Assembly (NCBI RefSeq): GCF_006345805.1
Contig: NC_043014.1
Span: 20,460,001 to 20,524,000 of the forward strand
Length of the DNA: 64,000 bases
Source: Octopus sinensis
Taxonomy: Eukaryota
Reading direction: 5' to 3'
Shown: piece after piece, positions 52,825-64,000 of the stretch
Numbering within the stretch: position 1 is the first letter of the stretch
Layout: every line of letters begins with the position of its first letter
The notes under the pieces: model-generated
What the model was told of the DNA's origin: nothing
What the model saw: the letters and a program-made list of their open reading frames with translations, nothing else
The model's database searches: none
Translations under genes and position numbers: made by a program

Positions 52825-54044
52825 CAGTGGATTATATATCCGATATAAATATATATATATATATAAACATACAAACATAATACATACATATACACTTACA
52901 TATTCACATATACATATATACGTACATACACATACATGTAGATACATATATATCTATATGCATATATATCTATATGCATACAAACCGCACACACATGCAC
53001 ATGTATTCTATTTATATATATCCAGAGATGAAAACTCTGAGTGTTTTTATATATGCAACATATGACGGCTAAAAAAAAGTATAAAGTATGAAGTTTAAGA
53101 GAAAGCTGACATGATGGAGCGCATCGTAATTATTAAGATTAAGCTTACTTGGAAATGGATGCGTAGCGTTCGATCATATAATAATATAAATGATATATAA
53201 ATATATGCATATATACATACATATATGTACATACCTACACATATGGGTACAGAACATCAAAAAAAAAACGAGACAGAATGAGAAACGAGAACATTAAAAA
53301 CAAAAACATTGAAAACGATGCTCACTCTTCTATCTCAACTATCTTTTCTCTATCTATCGATCTCCCTCTCTTGTTCTTCATCATTTCTGGTTTTCTCTTC
53401 CACCCTTCCCTGTTCTTCACCATTCCCCTTCTCTATCTCTCTTTCTCTCACTCTTCCCCCTTGACTCTCTCGTCGCTGACACGTGACGAAAGGAAATCTA
53501 TCATCCCGCCCATTTCCCTCCTAAAGACAAGACATGCTTATACCTGTCTCCTTGTCATAAGCTCGTCGTCCTAGAGTTCAAAATAATTTTTTTATCGTCT
53601 TGGCTTAACAGCCCTCGCCGTTTCTTTATACTGTCTCACTGTCCTGTTCTTGTTACCACTTTCACCTTCCGCAAAAAATCCCAAATTTTATTTAATTTGT
53701 ATTACGGGAAAGACTGTTTCAACGAAGTCGCGTCTTGTCCTTATCTTCGTAACGTGGATTAGTTGAAACAGGGACAACTGATGAAGAGGAATATTCTTTA
53801 TGTTGCATCTCTCGTTTCTCTGTTTGTTTTTTTTTCGTTGTTAGAAAGAAGTTCGTTTTCTATGTTTTTGTTTTTATGTTTTCGTTTCGCATTGTGTTCA
53901 ACGTTTTTTTATGTCCTGTACCCATATATGCATGTATATATACATATATGTTGGTATGTACATATGTGTATGTATATATGCATATATTTATATAATATTT
54001 ATATTATTATATGATCGAACACCACGCATCCTTTTCCAAGTAAG

Positions 54045-54089
<45 letters not shown>

Positions 54090-54129
54090 ATATATATATA
54101 TGCATACATATATTTATGTGTTTTTATAT

Positions 54130-54170
<41 letters not shown>

Positions 54171-55276
54171 GGGGAGAGAGTGAGAGAGAGGTAATGCACG
54201 CATGCGCGCGCGTTTGTGTGTGTATGTGTGTGTATGTGTGTGTGTGTGTGTGTGTGTGTCTATTACATATATTTGCAGCCCCTGGATCAGTGACTTGTGA
54301 TTGATGAGCATTGTAGACGTTGCTCATGCCGTTGACGTTTTAAATTGCAGTATTAGCTTTAAAGTGTTTGAAGATTACAGGTTTATGTCGGAAAATGTCT
54401 ATGGAATTTATCAAGAGCTAGTAAAAAGTATTTTACTTGGTTATGTTCACTAGTAAGACAGTTCAGAATGCATTGAAAGCTATATAATGTGTAGAGTAAG
54501 CTCAAACGGTACAGAAGCAATAAACGGCTTGTAGTTTTAAGTAGACAACTGCTAAGGACAATAGACTACAACTCAGTTTTCTTCTTAAGGGATACATTTA
54601 GAAGTTGATATATGAGCACTTTCTCAGCGTTTCAAAAGCGATTGCTGGGTGATCCGGTTGAATAGCATTGAAGAGAGCTATCCAGGCTATACCGAGTGGA
54701 CTAATTCCCTGGTCCAGTAGTTTCCAAATGAATGTCAAACTAGAAGAGGTAAACAACTTGTGGAAACCGACTGTCAGTCTCTCGCAACTGATCCTGCCAC
54801 TGATCACTTGAAACCCAGCCCAGTAGCATTCAGCGATCAATAGCATCCAATCGCTGCTAGTAGCTAACACCAGTCGACAGCTACCCACTGTAATCTGAAC
54901 CAGCTTATGAAAACGAGCCTTAAACATCATTCAATGACAATCAGCCTTGCCAAAAATCTGAGCCAGCCTTGATATTCAGAAGCAGATATTTGAACGGTCA
55001 GATTATTTTCCTGACTTCAAATTCGACCAGTTTGTGTGTGAATTAAAATACGCACGCACGCACGCTCGCACATACGCATTATACAATATATATATATATA
55101 TATATATACTTTATTTAAAGTAGCAGAAAATTCAACAAAACCTGTTACTCTGAGTTTCCCGTTGCCGTTCATCCCTTTTTCCCACCTTGTTTCACATTTA
55201 TGTGTTTACTCCAGTATATATATATATATATAATATATATACACACACACACCACACACACACACATATATATATA

Positions 55277-55311
<35 letters not shown>

Positions 55312-55412
55312 AAGCTGTTGCTTGCTGGTGTTTTCGTTTGTTCTCCGCAGGGGCATAGTTCTCGTGGGCTAGGCACGTCCGGGGATTGGCTTCGATAAGA
55401 CGGGATACGGTT

Positions 55413-57156
55413 TAATCATTCTCGTCACACCAGTCTTGGTCCTTCTTCCGGGCAAAGCCGATCGTCTCCTCGGCGGCAGCGGTCATGGCTTCACGAAGGC
55501 TGGTCCAGCGATCCTCAATGGAGGTAGACTCTGGGAAGTCCATCAGGTGTCTCTCAATAGATTCCATGAAATCTTTGGATGCCTGTGAGTTCCGGAGTTT
55601 GACATAGTCGTGAAAGGGATGTTTGCTGAGACCCACTTTGGTGGGTGCAGATCTTGATGTCAAAGCAAGAAATAAGAAAGCGGTTATCCGTCCAGCAGTC
55701 ATCTGGCACCAGGCATAGAGCGGGTGATACGTACATCTCGTCTTTCCCTGGATGTTGTCAGAACGTAGTCGAGGATGTGCCAGTATTTATACCGTGGGTG
55801 TTTCCAGGTTATTTTTTTGTCGGGTACGGAGACGAAATAGGGAGTTGGTGAGGACGAGTTCGTGCTCTGCGCAAAATCCCAGGAGGAGCTGGCCATTGGC
55901 ATTGCATTTTGCAATACCGTGATGGCGAAGAATGCCATTCCGCAGACAATGCTCACTGCTGACTCTATCTTTAAAGTCCCCGAACACGACGAGTTTGTCA
56001 TGCGCAGGGAGTGTCTGGATGGTGCGGTCCAGCAGGTTGTAGATCGAAGCCTTGACGTCGTCTTCAGTTGTGAGTGTAAGGATATACACAGAGATCAGCA
56101 TAAGGAATCTGTCTCGAATGAGTAGGCACCGAACAGTCATCAGGCGCTCACTGACGGCAGTTGGAACGAGTTTGTGCTGGTCCACGGGCTGCATTTTGAT
56201 GACAAGGTCAACTCCATCGATGCATGGTTCATTAGGATTCTTTGCTTTCCAAAAAATGGTGTATTTGAAGCCAGCTTCTCTGATGCTGCTTTCTCTGGGA
56301 AGCCTAGCTTCGCTCTAGGCTGCCACTTCGATGTTGAAGCAGGCAAGTTCCTTGCAGATGAGGACTGTACTTCTCTCTGGTCGATTAATGTCACTCTTGT
56401 CCTGAAGAGTGCTGATATTCCAGGCCCCGAAGTTGAAAGGTTGTGAAACAGAGGATTCGGTTGAGTTCCGACCGCTAAGTGAGAAGTCCGCCAGCCACGG
56501 TATGCTGGCCAGATCGAGTTACAGTATCTGATGTTTACCCTACCTCTTCTAGGGGCTTCTCCTTGAGGGGTGTGCTGCGGTAATCCTAAAGAGGCCGGCC
56601 GCGTCATAAGTCTTGCTGCTGAACTCCAATGTCACAACTATTCATTGGAGAGCGACCATCTGAGATTCGCCGCCAATGACAATCAGATACTAGAGGCTTC
56701 TAGCTTTCCATACCTGCCACCAGTGTCCACGATACCATTGACATTGGACTTTTTGAGGCAGATTAGAAAGACGAAACCATTCGCCGAGTAAATTGTTTGA
56801 GGTGATCGTGGCTGCGGGACGGCCACGCGCACGCCAGGAACTTTTCCACTGCGACTCAAGAATTGAGGCTGGTTGCAGCGAGCTGTCGAAGTCTATTCGC
56901 CTTTGTCACGCCTGCCCGCCAGGTTTTGCCCTCTTTCGCTGGAGTCAATCCTTAGGAGCTAGAGATAGCCCTCCTCCGCTTGCTCCATCGTTAGGGTCGT
57001 GATGTTGGTATTTGGTCGTGCTTAGTCTAGGACCTCATCGTCGACCTTGCCGCCATGAGTGGCCCTACCAGGAGTCTAAAACTCCACATGGTATCGCTCT
57101 CAGAATCATTGGAACACATAAGCTCTTCCACCAGGAAAAGGGACGACCATCGGAAG

Positions 57157-57158
<2 letters not shown>
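55413..57158 (-). mobile_element. RTE/BovB-type LINE: 5' UTR plus apurinic endonuclease domain, broken before RT
   Basis: SERLMTVR, LISVY, DKLVVFGDF, CNANGQLLL.FC.EHEL.LTNSLF, TWKHPR...WHILDYVL; GC-richer 5' UTR with GGTAGGGCCACTCATGGC typical of RTE leaders. Confidence 0.88.
57013..57158 (-). ncRNA. HDV-like ribozyme relic at the RTE 5' end
   Basis: P1 TCTTCC/GGAAGA, P2 TGGTCGT/ACGACCA, P3 CC/GG around a 7-nt TTTTCCT loop, candidate catalytic C in GACTAAGC before the 3' strand of P2. Confidence 0.5.
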
Positions 57159-57225
<67 letters not shown>

Positions 57226-57257
57226 TGTGTGTGAGTATATATATATATATATATGTA

Positions 57258-58042
57258 CTAGCTGTTGGACCCGGCGTTGCTGATGTTTTCCGTGTTGAAG
57301 TTAAGCCCACTTCTGACCTCGTATTGAAATCTTCGACGTTCCCTGTGCCAACTATTATCCAATAAAATGTTATATCTGGTTCGGCAGGGATTTTACACGG
57401 TTAACATTTTCGACATACTCCTACATACTAGACCATCTGAAATCGCAGTCAAACTTTTGAGTGTAACTCGACCCGTTGAGAGTGATGTTTGTTTATTTCT
57501 CTCCCTTAATGCCACCCTCTGTACAAAATTGATCAACGTGTCCAATCTCAGCAAAATCCGAAGAAAAGTGCTATGATTATGCCATAAAATAGAATCTATG
57601 TGACCATTTACATGAAAATATAAAATTTACGGCCAAAGATAGAATCCCAAAGGCTATTTGGACGCAAAAAGCACATTGATTTTATAAAACTACTGTTCTG
57701 GCGCAATTATCGATTTTTTTTTCAACGTCATATACTGATATCAACTCACTGACACAAACCTCGCTTACTCATCGATTTTCATCAAAATCGGACAAAAAAT
57801 GCAAAAGCTGCAGGAAAAATAACAACATTATCGGAATTTCCATTCAATAGACCCGATTGAGCGCACAAAAATCGATGCCAACTAAGTATTATCGAGTTTT
57901 CGAAAATTCCGGCCTTATTTGACCTTCAGGGCATGTGATCTACTTATGTGCCAAAAATAATTAAAATCGGTTGGACAGTGTGGGAGGAGTTAGAGTAACC
58001 CCAAATACACAGACAGACAGACACCATTACACATTTCTGTAT

Positions 58043-58080
<38 letters not shown>

Positions 58081-58104
58081 ACACACATATATATATATAT
58101 ATAA
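57258..58104 (-). mobile_element. Non-autonomous Helitron-like element; 5' bound approximate
   Basis: 3' CTAG at 57258-57261 with a partial GCAACGCCGGG hairpin; 5' region TGTCTGTCTGTC...CCAACCGATTTT...GGCACA resembles the units at 11635-12383. Confidence 0.7.
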
Positions 58105-58328
58105 CACTAAGATGCAGGATAATAGGCGGTAATAGTAGATCATCCGTCACCCTCGTGTTATACTATCCTTATTTTGATATTATTTAAAGAGGAGTTCTGC
58201 ATGTGTACCTAGATTGGGATATACCCCACTGTAGCAGATTACGAGGTTTTCACCAGAATTATCCTAAACTACAGATAGATTGGCATGTCAACTTAATTGT
58301 GTTTATATGTCTGCATGTATGTATGTAT

Positions 58329-58455
<127 letters not shown>

Positions 58456-59296
58456 TCCGTTATATGCTATAGAATCAGTATTAAATAATTGTAGCTATAT
58501 ATGTTTCATTCTTAACGGAAATACATTATCAAAAGGTGTGTTATGGACGTACTATGTTCCAATATGTGTGTGCATGCGTGTATGTGTGTGTGTGAATGTG
58601 TGTTGCATAAATATATAAAGTATAGTATATAGTATATATGCATATGCCTATATTTATAGATAATGTCAAATAATACAATGAATAGGAAATGCAAGGTAAT
58701 ACAGACATCGTAGTAATTTAACAGTCATTGGACTACAGGAAAAAAGCTGCTAAACCCCACATTCTATGAAATAGAGGAAGAACATTTTGCATAATCGTAC
58801 TTTTTATATCTGGAAAGCATCATGCTAACACTTTTGACAATTCTCTTCTACAAAGTGGTCAAGCAAGAGCTAATTTATTGAGGAACATTTAAGTACACCT
58901 AAATGTAACTAATTATTAACTTCCCAAAACATAATCCGTCCGAAAGCGTGTGTATTTTATGACAGGAAATTAAATAACACACTGCAAATTTTGCAAACAA
59001 GCAGCAGTCGTGTGCGTCAATAAACTGGATGGCAAATCAGTAATAAACAACTTTAAATAAGAATGTTTATTGTGATAAAGATGATCTTGTAAGTTTAGAG
59101 AAATAATAACAGAAAGAAATATGCATTTATAATACAATTTAAAACCTATGTTAACATTTGCTTAACTTGGAAATGCAGAGGAGGAAAGAGAATCCCGCGT
59201 TTGTTTACTATAGGCGAAATTCTGCCGTCTGTTGATTTAAAAATTACACAAGCCAATGAACTTAGCTTTTCCAAACGCATGTATAAATATCATAAT

Positions 59297-59509
59297 CCTT
59301 TCTACTATAGGAACAAGGAGCGAAATATGTGAGAGGAGACTAATCGATTACATTGACCCCAGTGTTTTACTGGTAGTTAATTTATCAACCCGGAAAGGAT
59401 GAAAGGCAAAGTCGACCTCGGCGGAATTTGAACTCAGAACGTAACGGTAGGCGAAATACCGCAAAGCATTTCGCCTGACGAGCTAACGTTTCTGCCAGCT
59501 CGCCGCCTT
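59297..59509 (-). mobile_element. tRNA-headed SINE family D
   Basis: AAGGCGGCGAGCTGGCAGAAACGTTAGC (A box), GAGTTCAAATTCC (B box), GAGGTCGACTTTGCCTTTCATCC. Confidence 0.9.
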
Positions 59510-60546
59510 AAAATAAGCATAATGAATGTAAACTGTTAGCAAAACGTATGTATGCTTTGTTAATATACACTATAAACACTGTCATGCGGTAAAAGAAAAT
59601 GAACAACTTATTTCAAGAGCGCATGCAAGCAAAAACAGAAGTGTGAGAAGGTTGTTAACTAATATGTGTGAGAAGGTTGTTAACTAATATATGTGATATC
59701 ATGATGGATGTTGTAAAGAAAAGGAGTCATGATTTAAAGAAAGAATACGTTTGTTGATGTCGGAGAAGATTTGTTTGCGTTTGTTTTGTTTTGTTTTGTT
59801 TTTATTCTGTTGGTTCTTAACACGTTAGCTTTATGAAGCGAAGGTCGGTGATCGTCAAAACTGAGGGTTTCTCTTGAGAACGAAATCGAGTCTCTGCTGT
59901 GTTAGTTCTTCAAAGAACTGGACTGCCACATCCTAACCGAGAAGAAACTCTTTAAAAGATTTTGTTCATATATGGACTATTTACTTCTCTGAGACTTGGT
60001 GCATATTCCTTCTGCTCATGTTGATCTAGAGTGAAAGATGTCAGAAAAACTGGGCCATGAATGACGAACAAATGTTTGAGAAAAGGATCCTGATAAGGCT
60101 ATAGACCCCATGAGGACGCTGGCGGGGAATCTAATACGGAATGACAAAATGTCGTGCAGTACTTATATTCCATCCAAATTTCTGAAATTTCCATCTCATT
60201 TATAAAGATGTACAGACTTTGAAATATCAGAAAGAGCTGGTGACAATGCTAAATAAAAGTGAGTCTCATTGTCATACTGGAAATTGTAGACTTGTGTAGA
60301 CGACAGCATAAAGTAACAGTGACAACAATAATATTGTTAATATGTTTTCTGGTTTTTACGGTGACAACAACGATAACGAAGGAGTGGTAGCGACAAAAAC
60401 CTGTCGACACTCTTACAGTACTGTTGATAATACGGCCTGAATGATTGATAGTTTTCAAGTAAGATAAGAGTGACTACTTCCGAAATCCAAATTAAATACT
60501 GAATGGCAGTATAGAGTGGGGAGGTGAGTATGACAATTCAAATGAA

Positions 60547-60588
60547 ACTCCGGACATGTTTCGTTGTTATTAGACCTCATCAGCGAGT
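60547..60588 (-). ncRNA. Minimal type I hammerhead ribozyme motif with intact core
   Basis: ACTCG-CTGATGA-GGTCTAATAACAAC-GAAA-CATG-TC-CGGAGT: GUC cleavage triplet, palindromic stem III, stem I with a one-base bulge, weak stem II. Confidence 0.65.
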
Positions 60589-61004
60589 AATCTGACTGGT
60601 AACTACATTCCTAGATAAGTGAAATAATAAAGATTCTTAGTAAAAACCATTGATAAGTTTCATAACAAAATAATAATAGGGGAAATTTTCCTAAGGTTTT
60701 CTCTAAGGTCAAAAACATACTTAAGTAAGAGTTAGCATAATTAATGCTGTGTGTTCGAAACAATGTTTAGATTTTAAAATTATAGCCTCAACTTTGACAA
60801 TTCTTAGTGCCAAAGGGAAATTTGGCAGATGGAAACAGTGACGACTCTTATGTGTGTGTATAAATATGTATATATATGCATATGTAAATAAATGTGTGTG
60901 TATATATATATGTATCTTTTTTATTTATTTTATTTCTATTTTATCTAGTTTCAGCTCACAAGCTGTGGCCATGCTGGGGCACCGCCATTCAAACAATGTG
61001 TTAC

Positions 61005-61119
61005 GCTTGCTGCACCTAGGTTTCCCAAGCGGTCACCCATCTAAGTACTGACTAGGCTCGACGTTGCTTAACTTCGGTGATCGGACGAGAACCGGTGCTT
61101 TCAACGTACGGCCGTAAGC
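61005..61119 (-). pseudogene. 5S rRNA pseudogene (orphan copy)
   Basis: GCTTACGGCC...GCACCGGTTCTCGTCCGATCACCGAAGTTAAGCAACGTCGAGCC...AGTACTTAGATGGGTGACCGC; 115 nt, small deletion near nt 12-15, helix I mismatch, no oligo-T terminator. Confidence 0.92.
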
Positions 61120-62136
61120 AAATATATGTGTGTGTGTGTATGTGTGTTTGTGTGTGTGTATGCATATATATATATATATGTATATAAATCTATATGTGTG
61201 TTTGTGTGCATATGTGTGTGTGAGTGTGTGTGTGTATGTATGTATGTATGTATGTATATATGTATGTATGTATGTATGTATATATGTACATATGTATGTG
61301 TATGTAGTTCATATTTGTATTTGGTTTGCAAGGTTCTTGATGCGAATTCGTGTGCTGAGAGAAAAAAAGAAATGACAACATGAACAATACCGAACATTTG
61401 AACTATCGATTAACCCTTTGACCAAATGTGTTTAACCTACGAGTTAGAAAAACTAATTAAAAAAAACGGCTGATCGATAATTTGTTAGTAGAGTAACTAA
61501 CCCATTAACTAGCAACAACAATAAAGGACCGAACCAGTGCGTGGGTTTATGTATATGTATATATATATTTACCTATCTATGTATATATATATATATGCAT
61601 TTATGTCTCTCTCTGTGTGCGTGTGCGTATGCGTATGCTTGTGTGTGTAATGCAATAGTAGTTTAGGGACATGAAATTTTGTACTAGAGAAAATGTTTGT
61701 AAAATTCCCGCCAGCGCCGGTGTATAAAATATGTACAGAGCACTCCAATATTGGATGTATTGTTACATCTGTCGATGACAGCTGAAGACATAGATATACC
61801 ACACTATCCTTTTGTCAAATAGAAAGTACTTTGTCGAGGAATAATAAGTATTATAGAATGCGTAAGCATATATCATTGAATGTACTACCTTGTTTCCCAC
61901 GTGCCAAATATTCTTAGCTGTGTTATATTACATGAGGCTATGTGTATGTGTATGTACGTGTGTTTCTCTATGTGTTTATGTGTACATTCTTTTGTGTGTC
62001 TATACCAATTGGCGAAGAGTGCTCGATACATATATCGATCCCGTACACACAACAAATATTCCCAAATATAACTCTGTTACACATGCTAAGTGTTCTTTCG
62101 CTCCAATGTTATCCACATTTTTCTCTATCTATTGTA

Positions 62137-62171
<35 letters not shown>

Positions 62172-62177
<6 letters not shown>

Positions 62178-62574
62178 AATACCATATTAATATGGCGATA
62201 ACAATTAATTTCCAGTAAACGCTGCCATAATCTCTTTTATAGAGACTTAGTAATTTTAATATTTCTATTATTGAAAACAAGTGGATGTATTCCACTGAAA
62301 CTAGGTAAATATAAGCCTTCGAACAGAGACATCAGTGGCGACACCTGCGGGTCTGACTGCGCTACATTGACACGGGTCAATACCCCCGAAACGCGTCTGT
62401 AGGTGTCGGACTGGCAGTGTGAAGCGGCTGACCTCCCTTGTTCGAAGGTTATAATGGATACAGATCGTGAATCAATAGCTATCTTGATGGCGGTGGCCTC
62501 ATGGAGCTGACCATGGCAGCGATTATTCTTATATCTATAAGAATGCCATATTAATATGGCGATAACAATTAATT

Positions 62575-62575
<1 letters not shown>
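62172..62575 (+). mobile_element. Retrozyme-like 364-bp unit bounded by 40-bp direct repeats, containing a decayed hammerhead (62362-62402)
   Basis: Direct repeats at 62172-62211 and 62536-62575 (39 of 40 identical); CTACA-TTGACA-C-GGG-TCAATA-CCC(CC)-GAAA-CGCG-TC-TGTAG; several nested complementary segments. Confidence 0.6.
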
Positions 62576-62628
<53 letters not shown>

Positions 62629-62734
62629 TAATAAGGGTGAAGAAGAAAAATTGAATATTAATTTCATTAATATCAATTTAAAACCAGTGGCTTAGCATAT
62701 TGGAGAATCTGAAGATTCAGAAAAATTATATTAC

Positions 62735-62931
62735 ATACATATAAGATGGATGGCCACTAAGTAGACATCAATTATGCTAGAGATAGACCCCGAATTTTTG
62801 TATCTTTTCATTTGTCTTGCTCGCTTACGTTCTGGCGTTTGCTGAATGTTCTTGAGAACAATCTTTTCTTAGTGGTCAGACCATATGGAGTCTACCTCTA
62901 GCATAATGGATGTCCACTTAGTGGTCATCCT

Positions 62932-62942
<11 letters not shown>
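62735..62942. repeat. Imperfect inverted repeat, ~56-bp arms, ~96-bp spacer
   Basis: ATACATATAAGATGGATGGCCACTAAGTAGACATCAATTATGCTAGAGATAGAC pairs with 62887-62942, about 7 differences. Confidence 0.8.
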
Positions 62943-62962
<20 letters not shown>

Positions 62963-63118
62963 GGATGTATGTATGTATATATGTATGTATGCATGTATGT
63001 ATATATGTATATATGCATGTATGTATGTATGTATATGTATGTATATACATATATATATATGTGTGTGTGTATATATATATATATGTGTATATATATATGT
63101 ATATATATATATATATAT

Positions 63119-63154
<36 letters not shown>

Positions 63155-63184
63155 TATATATATAGCTTATTTTATACTTTGATT

Positions 63185-63447
63185 ATCTCTTAGGTTTTAC
63201 ATTTTTTGTCATTACACCGTTGCTATGATGGGGCACCGCCTTCAAAATTATTTAGTCTAATGAATCTACCCCAGAACTTATTATCTTAAGCATAGTACTT
63301 GCTTTATCGATGACTTTTGCCGAACCACTAGGTTACAGGAACGTAAACACATCAATACCGGTTGACAAGTGGTGGTGGAGACAAACACAGACACAAAGAC
63401 ATACACACATAGTGTTATATATATATGTATATATATATGTGTGTGTG

Positions 63448-63491
<44 letters not shown>

Positions 63492-63643
63492 GATGGGCTT
63501 CTTTCAGTTTCCGTCTACCAAAACCACTCACAAGGCTTTGATTAGCTCGAGGCTATAGCAGAAGATACATGCCGAAGGTGCCAAGCAGTGGAACTGAACC
63601 CGGAACCATGGAGTTGGAAAGCAGGCTTCTTGACACACAACCA
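63185..63643 (-). mobile_element. SINE family A, inverted copy with long internal microsatellite
   Basis: Reverse complement of family A motifs (CTTCTTTCAGTTTCCGTCTACC, CACTCACAAGGCTTTG, GAACCCGGAACCATG). Confidence 0.85.
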
Positions 63644-64000
63644 AAAAATTTTGACAGGTTGGGCCAAAAATAAATGTTGACTATTCAATAGTTGTTTAAT
63701 AAAGTGAAGACATGATTGATAATATTGTACCTCAGACTGGATGAAAATAAGAAATAAATATTGCTGTTACGAAATCTACTATGCGTTTTTACACAAACTA
63801 AACTATCCATTTTGATCGCATTGTAACAAATGATGAAAATTAATTTCTCCATGCTGCAATTATAGCGGAAAAAAGATTATTATTTTTGTTGATTGGTAAT
63901 CGTCACACAGAATTATTCACTGCTATTTCTCGAATGCTGGTGAAATCATCAGAGTGTAAGGATCTCTACAAAATACACCAATAGCTACAACATTCACATC

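Noticed and set aside
53770-53800. CTGATGA followed by a small stem
   Set aside because: No GAAA or cleavage triplet follows.
58180-58320. Short open frame after an AG (GVLHVYLDWDIPH...) as a possible exon
   Set aside because: No recognisable motif or convincing donor site.

Overview
AT-rich, microsatellite-saturated animal genomic DNA. The repeat families look like those of an octopus or other coleoid cephalopod; this is inferred from recognition only. I found no host protein-coding exon I can support, so the window reads as intergenic or deep intronic. Most short ORFs in the track are translated (TA)n, (CA)n, (TAA)n, (GAA)n or (GATA)n repeats. Recognisable content: (1) about ten decayed R4/Dong-type non-LTR retrotransposon pieces (RT, CCHC knuckle, restriction-like endonuclease), mostly abutting (TAA)n tracts and often internally deleted or mosaic; (2) a DD34D mariner pseudogene retaining one TIR; (3) RTE-type LINE pieces, one keeping its 5' UTR with an HDV-like ribozyme fold; (4) an ORF1-only, Tx1/L1-like 2-kb element with an exact 11-bp target-site duplication inside a SINE head; (5) non-autonomous Helitron-like elements; (6) three tRNA-headed SINE families and a non-coding TAA-flanked family; (7) a Penelope GIY-YIG fragment and roughly ten minimal type I hammerhead-like motifs, one inside a retrozyme-like 364-bp unit; (8) hAT-type MITEs, several hairpins, a decayed ~38-bp tandem array, a 5S rRNA pseudogene, a ~980-bp tandem duplication and a 100-N gap. 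All calls come from manual reading and translation. No database searches or folding programs were run, and boundaries marked approximate are good to tens of bases.
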